A stretch of DNA of 62,584 bases from a virus (IMGVR_UViG_3300013119_000806:1-62584), one strand, 5' to 3'. Counted from the first letter of the stretch, positions 24,835-38,400 are shown. Notes: a model not told the origin generated them from the letters alone. Translations and numbers: made by a program.

Positions 24835-27800
24835 ATGACATATAATTTATCAAACTGGATAGAAAATGTGGATATACCACAAGGGGATACTCGCCCTGCC
24901 TGGTCTGTGTACTACAACAGTCAAGACAAGCATCATTATGCTGTGAGGTTGTCCCCATATCCAATAAGAGAAGATCTTCACGAGTCGGACCTGCACACCG
25001 TCTATGCAGATCGGTTTGGCCATCTTGCGCTGTGGGAGATAATGGATAAGTTTTTCCCCGACAAGAATTACGATGATGATGAGATGTTCGCACAAGGGAA
25101 CCTGGTGCAGTGGGGCGATGTAGATGTAGCTGAGAAGATGTCATATGAGTGGTTCCGTCCGCTTGTGCCGAATAGTAAATATTTGTTCTGCCTGAGAGTT
25201 AGTCCGCACTTTATGAGGAATGTGATGTTCGCTCCTGAGTCAAACACAGGTGAGGCTCCACCCAGGGAAGACCCAGTCCAAGACGCAGCAAATCGCAGGC
25301 AGACAAGGAGACAAGAGCTTGACAACCAAACTGAACAAGCGGTCAATCAGGTCAAAAAGACACAAAGGGGAGAGAGCGAAGCGCTGTCGCGTGTCAAGGT
25401 GGTCATCAAGCTTGATGAACTATCCTCTAAAATAAAGGACATGACACCAGTACTCAGGAGCTATAGCAAGGCGATACGAAAAAGCCAACTAAAACCAGAA
25501 GATATTGGAGGATTAGACCTGGCGAAGGAGGTGTTGAGACTCAAGACCACCGAGAAGCAAATACAGAAACTTCTTGTATCTAATAATATATTGTTTGATA
25601 AGAATGCCTGGAAACCAAGCGACATAATCGAAATGACTTTCGATACAAATTATGAACTAATCCACTTTACCTTCAATGACGGATCAGGACAAACGGGCGT
25701 AGAGCCACCGACTGATCTTCCTGCGGGCAGTGCCGAGCCTGGAGATGAATCGCTCCCAGTCTCGCAAAACCCGTCAGCACCAGGGCGCACCGAGCGTGTT
25801 GATGCGATCTACTATAATGGCTTCGGACGGAGAGATATTCCAGGCGCGACCGCGCCAGTCTTTATTCCAAAAGACTTTTCAGAGGAAGAAGAAAAGGCAT
25901 ATTTGAGGCCACCCGGCGATGACAACCGTCTTCTTCGTAGAGTTAGAAAGGCGACAGTTCTCCGTCGAAAAAGAGATGTGTTTAAGAGGTGGAACTCTAG
26001 AACATTTAGTTTGTTGGCAAACATAAATAAGATAACGAAACAGAAAAGTAGTCTGCCTGATTCACTAGAGCCTTGGACAGAGTTCTTGCCTAAGTGTGTT
26101 TATCCAAACCCATGTGCTTTCCCAGAGAAAATAGAGGCTAAAAAACACACAGCAACCCAAGCAACCCCGACGACTGGCAATCCCAACGAACTGGTTGCCT
26201 ACAATATTGACGGCTCAATAAGGTCCCTGGACGCCAAGGCAGTCAAAACAACTAACGAGACAAACAAACAGAGGAAAGCGACTCCTGACCCGATGAGGGA
26301 GAAGTTAGCTGCTGCAAGGGCGAAAGCGACAAATGTAGTTGCCGATCCAATTTTGGGGTGTGATAATGACATTTCGGAACTGATAAGAGATCTGTCAGAT
26401 CTATACTCCATGGTACTAGATCGTGTCCCATTCTCAGAGTTGATGGCTCAGGCTGCTAACGATATAAAGAAGGACATGAAGTCTCAAGTTGCCTCAGCCG
26501 GGGAGAACTTGACGAACGGAGTAACGGCGGAACTAGATCGAATACTTAAAGAGGTTGAGTGTGCCACAGATATAATATCTGGCGAGTTAGAATCCAAGGT
26601 GTTGAGCGCTATCCCTGGCTACATCAAAGATGTCCCAGGTGTAGATGAGTTATTATCACAATTTGATCTAAATCCCATGCAGTTTGATTTCTCATCTATC
26701 GACATAACGAGTATGCTATCCTTTATCCAAGATGCTATCGAGAAGATAATCATCGAGACCATAGAGGAGATATTAACGACCCTAGTAACAGATGCGATTA
26801 AGTCGCTTTGTGACGCAGCCCAATCGGTAGACCTTGACGGACTCAAAGACAATTTCCCACTAGATAGTCCCCTTCTGAAGGTTGCCTTTGGCGCTGTGCC
26901 GCTGTCTTCGTTGGTCGACGAAGAGGCAATCAAAGACTTGGCCGAGCAAGCAGGGATTGACCCGGATAAAATCCAAGATATAAACGACCGAATATCTTCA
27001 CTTACAAACCCCGAAGAACTGAAATCCCTCTTGTATGGAGAGGCGTCCCTTGCTCTCACTGACCGCTTGTTTGACTTGGTTGATGGCGTCACCTCTACTG
27101 ATTTGGCATCCTATTTGGATGCGGTTGGCAGGAGAATACCAAAGTCAACCATGGACAACGCCTTCATACCACCTGCCCCGTTCATGTGTTTGGATGATGA
27201 ATACCTCGAAGCCGCCGGCATAATGAAGGACCTGCTCGGAGCCGGCTCCGTCGCACAGGCAAAGTCTGGGCTAGAAAGAAATAAAGATAGACTAAAATCA
27301 ATATGCGCTGCGATGAGCGGCCAGGCGATAAAAGATGCACAAGACAAAATAAACAATCTCCCAGCACCAAAGAGCGTAATGGATGAAATAGCAGCCATCA
27401 AGAGATCGGCAGATGCAAGCATGATAGGTTTGTTGGATGGTCCATTGGGGGCATTTACGAACCCATTTGAACAGTCTTGGGGGTCGGCTCCCGACTGGAA
27501 TGGAAACTTGCGCCTTTATACGAACGAATCAGAGTATCCGTCCATCAAGGGTGACACTGAGAACCTATCTCGCTATAGGTTGGGAAAGATGGCGTTGTCA
27601 GTCTACGTGGGAGAGGAGGATGTTACATATAGGATCAGCTTGCGAGCAGGACCAACCAGACCTGCTCGCATAGAGTTCCACAGGTCGATGAGTTGGTCGC
27701 AAAAGATACACCAAGAGCCATCCAGGACAGCAACGCCGGCTGATATCATTCAGATAAACAGAGATTTTAAAGCTCATCTTGATTCTTATGATGCTGTCAC

Positions 27801-28719
27801 AGCAAGTACGATAAAGTGGCTTATGTGGACGGCATACAGCAAAGAGGAATACAGGGGGGACCGAGAAACACATTCGTCATCTATACGAGAAACCCTAGGA
27901 GACATATTGGGTGCAATTGGCAAGGAGGGACAAACACCTCTAAGGGATATGGGAAAAGATACTGACGCAATGTTCCATAAAGCCTTGTTTATGTCTTTAT
28001 ATGGGCATATTCTTCCATTCTTGACATCACTCTTTTATTCCACGATGTGGAGGAGGACTGCGCTGTTGAATATTCCTAGTTGGGGCAAAAACGATGAAGT
28101 GGTGAACCGATTAGTCACAAACTATCTCTACACTCTTTTGATGGGTCTGCCGGGTCAACCAGCCGTGTGGCAAAATGTCATAGACTTCGCTGAACAATAT
28201 GGTGGGACACTCAAACAAAACTACACCAGGACTGCAACCTTTGGGGAGAGTCTAGCAGACCCAACACTCAGGAACGACCTGTTGAACAATGCAGAATTTA
28301 TCTACTTCAAGATGAAGCAAGACAAAGAAATAATAAAGAGTTTTGCTAACAAAGATGAGAGCACTGACGAGTGGTCTAAAAAGGACTTCTTGAAGGGAAT
28401 CTTGTCTACGACATTAAATATGGTTGTGGGGGCAAAAAACAGAAGCACCACCCTGGAGACTATGATGAGCGAGAAAGTAGACGGATCTCTAGGTGTGCTT
28501 GATTTCCAAACCCAAATACCAGCGGAGGCACTTGTTGCTCTTTATATAATCCAAACATTCCATGATAGTAATGGGTGGAGACAGGTGACTTACATACCGT
28601 CTGCTGCTGGTGAAGTGGCGGGTAGGAACCCTGTCGTCGACATCAATTATCGAAATTTTAGAAGAAGTACGGAGAAACTACTTATAGAGAGCCGAGCAGA
28701 CCAGGAGGAAGACGAATGA
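24835..28719 (+). CDS. large hypothetical virion protein (1294 aa)
   Basis: Long ORF between spike and gp25; no recognised motif. Confidence 0.7.
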   Translation: MTYNLSNWIENVDIPQGDTRPAWSVYYNSQDKHHYAVRLSPYPIREDLHESDLHTVYADRFGHLALWEIMDKFFPDKNYDDDEMFAQGNLVQWGDVDVAEKMSYEWFRPLVPNSKYLFCLRVSPHFMRNVMFAPESNTGEAPPREDPVQDAANRRQTRRQELDNQTEQAVNQVKKTQRGESEALSRVKVVIKLDELSSKIKDMTPVLRSYSKAIRKSQLKPEDIGGLDLAKEVLRLKTTEKQIQKLLVSNNILFDKNAWKPSDIIEMTFDTNYELIHFTFNDGSGQTGVEPPTDLPAGSAEPGDESLPVSQNPSAPGRTERVDAIYYNGFGRRDIPGATAPVFIPKDFSEEEEKAYLRPPGDDNRLLRRVRKATVLRRKRDVFKRWNSRTFSLLANINKITKQKSSLPDSLEPWTEFLPKCVYPNPCAFPEKIEAKKHTATQATPTTGNPNELVAYNIDGSIRSLDAKAVKTTNETNKQRKATPDPMREKLAAARAKATNVVADPILGCDNDISELIRDLSDLYSMVLDRVPFSELMAQAANDIKKDMKSQVASAGENLTNGVTAELDRILKEVECATDIISGELESKVLSAIPGYIKDVPGVDELLSQFDLNPMQFDFSSIDITSMLSFIQDAIEKIIIETIEEILTTLVTDAIKSLCDAAQSVDLDGLKDNFPLDSPLLKVAFGAVPLSSLVDEEAIKDLAEQAGIDPDKIQDINDRISSLTNPEELKSLLYGEASLALTDRLFDLVDGVTSTDLASYLDAVGRRIPKSTMDNAFIPPAPFMCLDDEYLEAAGIMKDLLGAGSVAQAKSGLERNKDRLKSICAAMSGQAIKDAQDKINNLPAPKSVMDEIAAIKRSADASMIGLLDGPLGAFTNPFEQSWGSAPDWNGNLRLYTNESEYPSIKGDTENLSRYRLGKMALSVYVGEEDVTYRISLRAGPTRPARIEFHRSMSWSQKIHQEPSRTATPADIIQINRDFKAHLDSYDAVTASTIKWLMWTAYSKEEYRGDRETHSSSIRETLGDILGAIGKEGQTPLRDMGKDTDAMFHKALFMSLYGHILPFLTSLFYSTMWRRTALLNIPSWGKNDEVVNRLVTNYLYTLLMGLPGQPAVWQNVIDFAEQYGGTLKQNYTRTATFGESLADPTLRNDLLNNAEFIYFKMKQDKEIIKSFANKDESTDEWSKKDFLKGILSTTLNMVVGAKNRSTTLETMMSEKVDGSLGVLDFQTQIPAEALVALYIIQTFHDSNGWRQVTYIPSAAGEVAGRNPVVDINYRNFRRSTEKLLIESRADQEEDE

Positions 28720-29117
28720 CTAGCAAGTCGGGAATTTCAGTGAAACTACCACTAATCTATGACGGGATAGATGGACCATACCAACTAAACAAAACAGCGA
28801 AGTCGGCGATACAGCAGAATCTCAAAAACCTCATACTGACGAACCCGGGAGAGAGAATGATGGACCCGTCGTTCGGCGTTGGTTTGAGAGCTTTCTTGTT
28901 CGAGCAGATAGGAAACGAGACTTATGCAAAAATAGCAGACCGAGTGCGAAAGCAGATACAGGCGTACATGCCGTTCATAAATGTGCGGGGGTTATATTTT
29001 GACGATAATAATACAGATAGGGAAATCTCCACTAATGAGGTGAGGGTTGCGTTGGCATATAACATCGCACCCCTAGATATAAATGATACTTTATCAATAA
29101 CCACGCTTCTAAACTAA
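28716..29117 (+). CDS. gp25: baseplate wedge protein gp25-like
   Basis: NLKNLILTNPGER.MDPSFGVGL..FLFE. Confidence 0.93.
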   Translation: MTSKSGISVKLPLIYDGIDGPYQLNKTAKSAIQQNLKNLILTNPGERMMDPSFGVGLRAFLFEQIGNETYAKIADRVRKQIQAYMPFINVRGLYFDDNNTDREISTNEVRVALAYNIAPLDINDTLSITTLLN

Positions 29118-29147
29118 CTATTGTAACCAAGAGGGAAATCTTACAAG

Positions 29148-30935
29148 ATGGCAAAGAGACCAATCAGTTATACAAGTCGTGACTTTGAGACAATCAAAGC
29201 ATCCTTAGTTGACTATGCAAAGCGATATTACAGCGAGAGTTACAAGGACTTCAATGAGGCTTCTTTCGGCTCACTCATGTTGGATACTACAGCCTATGTT
29301 GGCGATATCTTGTCGTTCTATTTGGATTACCAGACTAATGAAAGTTTCCTCGACTCAGCAATAGAGAAGGCGAACATAGAGCGAGTAGGGAAGCAGATGG
29401 GATATAAAACGACGGGGTCCCCTTCCTCAACTGGCGTGATCGCATTTTATGCTGTAATCCCCTCGACTGCCTCTGGGACTCCGGACATGAATTACCTCCC
29501 TGTGTTGTCAAAGGACTCAGCCATAGCTTCTGACACTGGTGCAAACTATCTCCTCCTAGAAAATCTTGACTTTTCGAACCAAGACAATGAGGTTGTTGTT
29601 GCAAAGGTAAATGACAATACAGGTCAACCGACACACTTTGCGGTCAAGGCATACGGGAAAGTGATCTCTGGTGAATTGAGAGCAGAGACATTCACTGTTG
29701 GAGAATTTGAGAGGTTCAAGAAATTAGAATTAGAGACCCCCAACATTTCAGAGATAGTGAAGGTGGTCGACACCGATGGTCGTGAATATATAGAGGTGCC
29801 TTATTTGTCTCAAGATGTAGTATACTCGCAGGTGATAAACTCTGATACAACTACTCGAAATGAATCACCCTATTTGCTCAAGGCTCGTCCTGCTCCTCGC
29901 CGCTTTACCCTTGATTATGTTGACGATATAGCAACTTTGCAATTTGGCTTCGGATCACCAGAGAATGAAACAGTAGATTTAGTTGCAGATCCTTCTGATG
30001 TGGTTTTGCAGTTACATGGAAGAGATTTTGTCGCTGATGAGTCATTTGATCCTTCGAAGATGCTTGAGACTGACAAATTCGGAATAGCACCATCCAACAC
30101 TACTATCACTGTTGTTACAAGATCAAACACAGTAGACAATGTAAATGCCTCTGTCGGAGCAATAAGAACCCCAGTGTCCATAGACGTTACATTTGCAGAT
30201 GCGAGCCTCCTAAACGCTTCTATACAGCAAGAGGTAATCAGTTCAATTGAGTGTTTTAATGAGGAGCCTATTCTCGGTGATGTTTCGACCATCACACCTT
30301 CAGAGATGAGGATACGTGCTTATGACTCTTATGCAACGCAGAACAGAGCAGTTACGAAGCAAGATTATGCCTCAATCGCTTATCGTATGCCATCTAAATT
30401 CGGGGCAATAAAAAGAATAAACATAGCACAAGACAGGGATGCGTTCAAACGGAATTTGAACCTCTTTGTTTTGTCGGAAGATTCAGCGGGCAACCTAACA
30501 ACAGCGAACAACACAATAAAGAACAATTTAAAAACTTGGCTTATAAACTACAAGATGATCAACGACACTATCGATATTCTAGATGGCAAGATAATAAATC
30601 TCCAAATAGATTATGAGGTTGAGTCTGATTTCGATGTCAATAAGCATGACCTGTTGGCAAGATGTAACGAGGCGATAGAGAAGAAGTTCAACTCCAAGAT
30701 GAACCTGGGAGAGAGGTTTTATATATCGGATATTTACCTAGTATTGAATTCTGTCCCGGGCGTGATTGACACCACTGAGGTTGCTGTTCTTCCCAAGCGT
30801 TCTGCTGGATATAGTCAATATCCATTTTTGATTTCCGAGCACCTATCTAACGACGGGCGATCAATTAAAGCCCCGGAGAATGCTGTATTTGAGATCAAGA
30901 ATTTTGAAGCGGACATATCAGGAGTAATCAACTAA
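29148..30935 (+). CDS. gp6: baseplate wedge protein gp6-like (baseplate J family)
   Basis: RDF.TIK.SL..Y, DFNEAS.G, AYVGD.LSFY.D, LQFG.G and QNRAVT..DY motifs. Confidence 0.9.
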   Translation: MAKRPISYTSRDFETIKASLVDYAKRYYSESYKDFNEASFGSLMLDTTAYVGDILSFYLDYQTNESFLDSAIEKANIERVGKQMGYKTTGSPSSTGVIAFYAVIPSTASGTPDMNYLPVLSKDSAIASDTGANYLLLENLDFSNQDNEVVVAKVNDNTGQPTHFAVKAYGKVISGELRAETFTVGEFERFKKLELETPNISEIVKVVDTDGREYIEVPYLSQDVVYSQVINSDTTTRNESPYLLKARPAPRRFTLDYVDDIATLQFGFGSPENETVDLVADPSDVVLQLHGRDFVADESFDPSKMLETDKFGIAPSNTTITVVTRSNTVDNVNASVGAIRTPVSIDVTFADASLLNASIQQEVISSIECFNEEPILGDVSTITPSEMRIRAYDSYATQNRAVTKQDYASIAYRMPSKFGAIKRINIAQDRDAFKRNLNLFVLSEDSAGNLTTANNTIKNNLKTWLINYKMINDTIDILDGKIINLQIDYEVESDFDVNKHDLLARCNEAIEKKFNSKMNLGERFYISDIYLVLNSVPGVIDTTEVAVLPKRSAGYSQYPFLISEHLSNDGRSIKAPENAVFEIKNFEADISGVIN

Positions 30936-32407
30936 TGGCAATTAAACGATTTACGGCGTCAGCCGACACGACGATCACCAATGCTTATGAAGCAAACCTC
31001 TCGACGAGGGGCACGGGAGCCAACATGGGCGCTTCCGACATATTGGAAGCGTTCGTCATCCATGGACAAGCAAAATCAGAGGTCAGTTCAGCAAATGCGG
31101 AACAAGCTCGTGTACTAATCAAGTTCCCAACGACAACTATAAGCACTGCAAGAACGAATAATGAAATACCCACCTCTGGGAATGTCAAGTTTTTTCTTCG
31201 CCTCTTCAATGCGCCTCATGGCAATACTCTCCCAGAAGATTTCACCTTGGAGGTTAACAGGATCACTTCCGACTGGGATGAGGGTCGAGGGCTAGATATG
31301 GACGAATATACAGACCTCGGGCAGGCTAATTGGACCGAGCGCAAACCATCAACAGATTGGACCTCTGACGGAGGAGACTTTTCGACACCTACCTTCACAG
31401 TGAGTTTCCCCAAGGGAACAGAGGATGTTGAGATCGAGATAACCTCACTTGTCGAGGACTGGTTGGACGCCACCTATGACAATTACGGGCTAATAATAAA
31501 AAACATAACAGCAGACATCGACGGGGATAGTGGTTCTCTTTATACTAAGAAGTTTTTTGGCAAAGGGACAGAGTTCTTTTTCAAAAAACCTACGATAGAA
31601 GCTAGGTGGAATTCTGCCAGAAAGGATAACCGATCGAATTTCGCTCTGAGTAGTTCTTTGGCACCAGCGGCAGACAACCTCAACACTATTTATCTCTATA
31701 ATCGTGTCCGAGGGGAACTAACAGATATTCCGGGACTAACAAACAACACACTTGATGTGACAGTGTTCTCATCTTCTGTTGACGGTGTTCCTGTTGGGGA
31801 CCCTGTGTCATTAGTTCGACAGGATGGAGTTGTAGTTACGAAGGTCGTAGCCAGTCGGGTGACAGAACTAGGTTCAAACCTTACTGGGGTATATTCTGCC
31901 ACCTTCGCCACGACGAACACAACGACCCCTCTGGCTGATGTGTGGAGCACGGGCAGCGCAGGGACGCTGGTGAATTTCCACACAGGCTCAGTAGATACCA
32001 GCGCACAGTCGGCAACCACAGTCGATTCTGTTGTCTCGTATGTTTCAGAGATATCAAACCTGAAATCATCCTATACGACGAGCGAGAATCCTCGCTTTCG
32101 TTTGTTCATTCGTAGTGCTGATTGGTCACCGACGATCTATACGGTCGCCAACGCCACCAGCGAAACCTCTATACTAGAGGCTGCCTATTATGAAGTATTC
32201 CGAATAACCGATGATACGCTCGTTGTTCCGTTCGGGACAGGATCCAGCGATGAGACAAAGATGTCTTACGACACGGACGGGAATTACTTTGACTTCGACA
32301 TGTCTATTTTAGAGAGCGGCTATGCCTATGGAATCCGTCTTGCCTACTACTTACAAGGACAATACAAGAAACAGTCAGAAGTATTCAAGTTTAGGGTCCA
32401 GGACTAA
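30935..32407 (+). CDS. virion protein with DNRLRE-like domain
   Basis: ADTTI...ARVLIKF, WDEG.G, W..DGGDF, EITSLV.DW and NYGL motifs. Confidence 0.7.
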   Translation: MAIKRFTASADTTITNAYEANLSTRGTGANMGASDILEAFVIHGQAKSEVSSANAEQARVLIKFPTTTISTARTNNEIPTSGNVKFFLRLFNAPHGNTLPEDFTLEVNRITSDWDEGRGLDMDEYTDLGQANWTERKPSTDWTSDGGDFSTPTFTVSFPKGTEDVEIEITSLVEDWLDATYDNYGLIIKNITADIDGDSGSLYTKKFFGKGTEFFFKKPTIEARWNSARKDNRSNFALSSSLAPAADNLNTIYLYNRVRGELTDIPGLTNNTLDVTVFSSSVDGVPVGDPVSLVRQDGVVVTKVVASRVTELGSNLTGVYSATFATTNTTTPLADVWSTGSAGTLVNFHTGSVDTSAQSATTVDSVVSYVSEISNLKSSYTTSENPRFRLFIRSADWSPTIYTVANATSETSILEAAYYEVFRITDDTLVVPFGTGSSDETKMSYDTDGNYFDFDMSILESGYAYGIRLAYYLQGQYKKQSEVFKFRVQD

Positions 32408-35400
32408 ATGAGTATAAAAAAGCTATTCGATGCCAGGCAAAATAAGAAGACAGGCAAACTCCTCACGAAAACAACAGCGAAAGCCGTTGGTGATGAGATA
32501 GAATCCTTTGAACAGGTTAAGTCGGCACTAAAAGAAAGAAACGAGTTTGTCCCTGGGCTGGATTATTCAGATCCAGCTAATTTTGTCAAGTTCGGTTCAG
32601 CAGAGCGATACTATGTGGATGCCATGAAATATGTCATCGATTTCTACCCCTATGACGGCACATCGAAAGAGAAGATAGACTTTCGCCTCTCGTTGAATCC
32701 ACTCGAAAAGTACATATTTGATAAAAAACACCCATCATCCACAGGGTATGTGACGCTTGGATCACAAAATGGGACACCAGTACAATATCTTACAACAGAG
32801 TACTACAAGCAAGAAGATTCAGTAGATAGTTTTATTCACATACAGGGCGGACCTAACGCCAGCATCACAACACGCCCAGACGGCGACCCAGACTATCGAG
32901 ACGCAACAGCAAACGTCTTTTATGACGGAAGTGACTATTCTCGCAGAGCAAACAATCTTGAATTCGGCGGTCCCAACGGAGCGACCATCGAGTTTTTCCT
33001 CAAGAAAGATGGAATCGCCGCAACAACCAGGGAAGTAATATACGATGCTTATAATGGACTAGCCAGTAATGTTGCTGGCTATGGGCGATTCACCATTGAG
33101 ATGGACGCTGACGATTTCTACATAACATATCGCCACACCACTGACGGGGTTGTGTTTACGGGTTTCGAAAGGCAAGAATTACCTGCTGCTGCCGCCGTCC
33201 TTTCGCCTTTGGTCACAGATAATAACTGGCATCATTATGCGTTTGTAATAAGCGAAAGCGGCGCAGACACGCTCATTACCCTGTATCGCAACGGGGTCCT
33301 CACCTTAACCGAAACTATCGCCACCCAGCAGATTCCACTGGTCACGGGAGCCCTCGAAGCCCGCATAGGTGCATTTGTAACTACGACCCAAGTTGGCGGA
33401 GACACCGTTCCTGCTGGCTATGGCGTCCTTGTAGCTTCAATTGATGAGTTTCGGGTCTGGAAAGACGCCCGCACATCAGAAGAGATCGGTCGAAATTGGT
33501 TCACCAACCTAAACGGCGGCACAAATACAAAAACTTCAAATGTTGGCGAAGCCATCGCTGATGTAAATCTCGGGGTTTATTATAAATTCAATGAAGGTAT
33601 TACGGGCGACGACTCATTAGATGCATTGGTGATGGACTACTCGGGAAGAATATCGAACGGAGTGTGGTCTGGGTATGTCTCTGGTGATCGATCCACAGGT
33701 TCAGCTATTGTTGATTCGGGCGCATCAACAAGGGAGGCGGGGGATCCGATAGTTCGCTCGTCTCACCCTTCGTACATATCAGCAAAAGATGAGCTTGAGT
33801 CGCAAGGTCGTCACTATGACTATTCGAACAATTCCAGCCTATATCATTCCATGCCATCTTGGATCATAGAGGAAGACGAGACTAACGACGGGGATCTACA
33901 AAAACTAACACAGATTATGTCGAGTTATTTTGACACTTTATACGCACAGATTACAACTCTGTCTCGGGTCAAGGATACGACATATACGACTGGCGACAAT
34001 AAGCCCTTCCCTCACACCGAACGACTTTTGCAGTCGATGGGCTTTGAGACTCCCGAGATATTTTCAAATGCAAATCTGATTTCACAATTCTTGCAGAAGG
34101 ACGACAAGCGATTAATAGAAGAGAAGTTACACAACATAAAAAACGAGATATACAAGAATATCTACAACAACCTCAATTATGTGTATAAGTCGAAGGGCAC
34201 TTCCAAGGCATTCAGGAACCTCATTCGATGCTATGGCGTCGGCGACGAGATATTCAAGATAAATGCCTATGTCGACAACCAGTCCTACAAACTGGAGGAC
34301 ACCTACGCCCCGACGACCTCAAAGAGTAAATACATTGACATGTCGGGTATGTCGAGAAGCGACGATCGAAATGCTTTCGTGACCCAGTATTTCCAAGGAG
34401 TTGCGGGAGATACTCATGGACTGATAATTGGAGACAGCACGCTCGACAGTTTTGAATTCACTTTGGTCGGAGACTTGTTTTTCCCGGAGTTTCCAAGTCC
34501 TGGCGATGTAAACTATGTATCATACTCGAACGAGACCTCCTCTATGTTCGGCTTTCACACTCCCTTAGACACGGCGACGAACTCAACAACATTGACTTGG
34601 GCTGCCGCCGAAAGCGATTTTGGTCTACAAGTTGTCACAGAGAGAAAACTATCGGAGCACCCAGAGATATCAGAGCCTCTTGCATCATCAAGGGATGCCA
34701 GGTTTGTTGTAAAGAACAGGGCGGGCGAGGTGTTGTTGACTACGGATATTCTCAAGAATATCTACAAGAACAAACGATGGGTAGTTTCACTATCATTGAG
34801 ACCTGCTCGCTATCCGTTTGCCGAATCACTTACAGGAACAGCAGGTCAGGAATATACCCTTACCTTAGTCGGGGTGAACTCTTTGTTGGGTGAGGAACAA
34901 GACTCATTTGAGGTGACACTGACTAGCGCTGCTGGAACATCATTTACAATCGCTGATGCCGAGAATATCCTGAGATCCTACAAGCGAATCTACGCTGGGG
35001 CGGATGTGACTGATTACTCCACTCTCGGCGGCGTCATCAACCCTACCGACATTCGCCTCGGCGGATTGCGCTATTGGAACTCCTACCTCCCTAAGAGCAC
35101 TATCACTCTCCATTCTCGGGGAACAGAAATATATGGTAGTGAGCACCCAGCCGAGAACGCCTACCTGTATCAGACAAACTCCCCGGCGGCATATGTACCA
35201 AACGTAAAAACGCTGGCTCTAAACTGGGATTTCACGCAAAACAATAACGCCGCCGCTGATGGTACCTTCTCGGTGAGTGATTTCTCCTCCGGATCGATGC
35301 CGACAGGATACGAGGGAAGCAACCAGGGCACTATATTCAGCAACCTAAATCTTCGACACCACACAGGTAAGGGTTTCGGATTCGCTTCGGGTGCCTCGGT

Positions 35401-38400
35401 GGCAAAGAAGGAGTATGTATACTCTGGGCAACAGAGGCTACCAGAGCAAGTATATCCAGAGGACATGATTAAGGTCCTTGATGCCGACGACGAGATATTC
35501 ACCCCTCACACACGACCCACCAAGTTCTTCTTTGCTGTTGAGAAGAGTATGTATGACTCTATATCGCAGAAGATGTTGGAGTTGTTTGCCTCCATAAAGG
35601 AGTTCAACAACCTCATTGGCGACCCAATACACAAGTATCGCCAAGACTACAAGTCTATGGAGAAGATGCGGGACATTTTCTACGCCAACGTTGGCAACGA
35701 TCCTGATCTCGATAAATACCTTGACTACTACAAGTGGCTAGATTCTTCTATGGGCGGAATGATCGAGCAACTCTTCCCCGCCTCAGCGCGGGTTGCCGAT
35801 GATATTCGTGTTGTCGTTGAGTCACACATTTTAGAAAGAAGTAAATATCACCACAAGTTCCCAACCTTGGAACCTCGCCCTCATGATCCTGAGACTAGCT
35901 TCCGAGGGGTCGGTTGCGGAAACAAGTATTCTTGGAAATTCAACCATGCCCCACTAGACACGAGTGTTGTCCCTGTCACAGAGGGGACAGACCAGTCTGT
36001 CAATTGTGGCTGGTGGAACTCTCGTTGGGAGCGAACTCACGCCAACCCTGCGGTACAGACTGCCATCCGCACCCTTGACGACAGAATCAGCAACCTTCCA
36101 TATCCCTACCGCAACAAAGGCGAGACAATTCCATTTGAGGCAACAGCCCCTGTGTGTTTGACGGCGGGCATAGAGAATAGTTATGCTGGCGGAGTCAATC
36201 AGGAGAGAAACAAGGTTCGAAATGTGACCGACATAGTCATCGACAACATAGAGCAACCAGTTCCTTTGTGTGGGGACGAGCCCACCCCAAACAAGCAACG
36301 AGTCGTGACTTTTCGCTCTACGAAAGACGGCAAGTCCTATGCTGGCGACCTCCTTTCCCCGTTCAGTCTATATTCATCAAGTGTGGATACGGGCTACCGA
36401 GCATATCTCGAAACCCAAGGTTTCTCCGACATCGATTTCACCAACATCCACGAGGATTCCTATCACAATACTCGCTATGAGGTCCCGATGCAGGGACCAT
36501 TCACAAGTCAACATGTTGGCGGACTACTCTATCGCAACACGGTGGCACTAGACCCAACCACAACGGGACGCCGAGAGGCACATGTCGGGACATTTGCCGC
36601 TGGCACAGCATCCTTTGTCTCAATCACCACACAAGAGGGGGCATCCTCACCTGCCAAGGGGCAATATTATCGCGACAATGTATCCAAATCCCCGGCAAAC
36701 ATAAAAAACATTAGAACAACAAGTACCAACAGGATACTTGGCAACTTCACCAAGAACTACGAAGTGGTACAAACGCAGGACAGGAGCATCAACAACCTTG
36801 ACCTCCGCCTAAACACATCAAACTACGATGTCACGGGGTCTCTCTCGACAGTCATCGGCGGACTAGTAGATTACGAGATCCCTCAGCGCAAGGCGAACTT
36901 CGTAGCCAACGACACGGTGATCGTGGAGCGATTCGCAGCCCCTGGCGGACCATCGGTCAACACACCACACCACCTCGACCTGACATCACTCCAATTCTCG
37001 CCAAACAACGCACTCCCATTCAGGAACTTGATTGTCCGCACTCCATTGCGCGATGCTCTAACCAAGGCTCATTCGTGGGGCGGCTTCATCGACGGTGTGT
37101 ATCCAGAAGTAATTGATGACCCAGGAACGGCAGTCACTTTGCCAGACCTCAACGAGGCAGGTTATAGCACAAATATCACCTCAATTCACAAGACCCCACA
37201 GAACGGGCTACAAAGGATCAAGAAAAGCGGAGCATCGTTCGTTACTGCCTCTGTAAATGACAATGCTTTCATAAATCACGCAGTCCCGCAGGGTGATCGC
37301 TATCACTGGTTTATGTCATTGAGCGGTAGTGATGTCGCTCACGTCGAATACGACCTTCTCACCCCAGGCACTTATGTCGCGGGTTATGGAGCGAATAGAA
37401 CACTTCATGATGAGTTCATCAACAATAACTCAACATACCCCAGCCGTGAGAATCGCCATGGCATAGCGCTTCCCGTTTCTGAGCCTGTTGGGGCTGGACT
37501 CGTCGGAGCCCTCTCTGTTATCGGCACAGATTACCGCTCTGCCGACGCTCAGGACGGGGCTTATACAAAAACCTCAATAGGTAACCCCACAGAGTTCAAA
37601 TACAAGTGGGCTGCCGACTACCACGACCGAGTCGGCGTTTGGTCCCCGGTGTCCCAACTCCGTGTTAGTGAGACGCCCCTTGGTCGCATCCCTCGTCAAA
37701 CCAACGAGATCACGGCATATAAAGCATCACTCAACGCCGATGGAACCGAAACTATAACCACCGAGGTATATCGTGAGCCAGTAGTCATTTCCAGGCACAG
37801 ACCAATGAAGCACCTTGTGGTTGCTTATCTCGGCACCGCTGGTCGTGATGCCGCCAACAGGTTCGGCGATGTCGCTTTGGAATATTCCTATGGAAACATC
37901 AAGCAGGGTTTCGCTTATGATGAGGCAAACAACGACTTCAATTTCAACCCAAACTCCGACCCTCGCCCATTCGATGTAATCTCACGAGTATCAAGAGAGT
38001 TCAACGAAGGCAACGAGTCTGCTTATCGAGTAGCCGGCATAAAAGAAATAAAAGAGTTTACATATGAAGAGGTGATATATCCGAAGAGCGAATACGCATA
38101 CCTACCAGAGACCCGAACTCGAATAAGTGGGTCCTCGGCTGTAGCCTATTGGAGAGACAATGGGTTTGAGATGACCGAGGCGGTTTATGAGACGAAACGG
38201 ACAGAGTTGAGTGCGAGGTTTATTGATGAAGCATCGTGGTCAGTATCTGGAAACCTCGCTCATTTTGTCAATGAGGTATCACAATCCGTCACTAATCCAG
38301 AATATACTCGTTTGGTTGAGGGAAAGGCGACAAGCCAAGGAACTGTTATTCCCAAGAAGAACCAGGTGGCGAGGTGGGCCCTCGCAGCCGAGGTAACAGG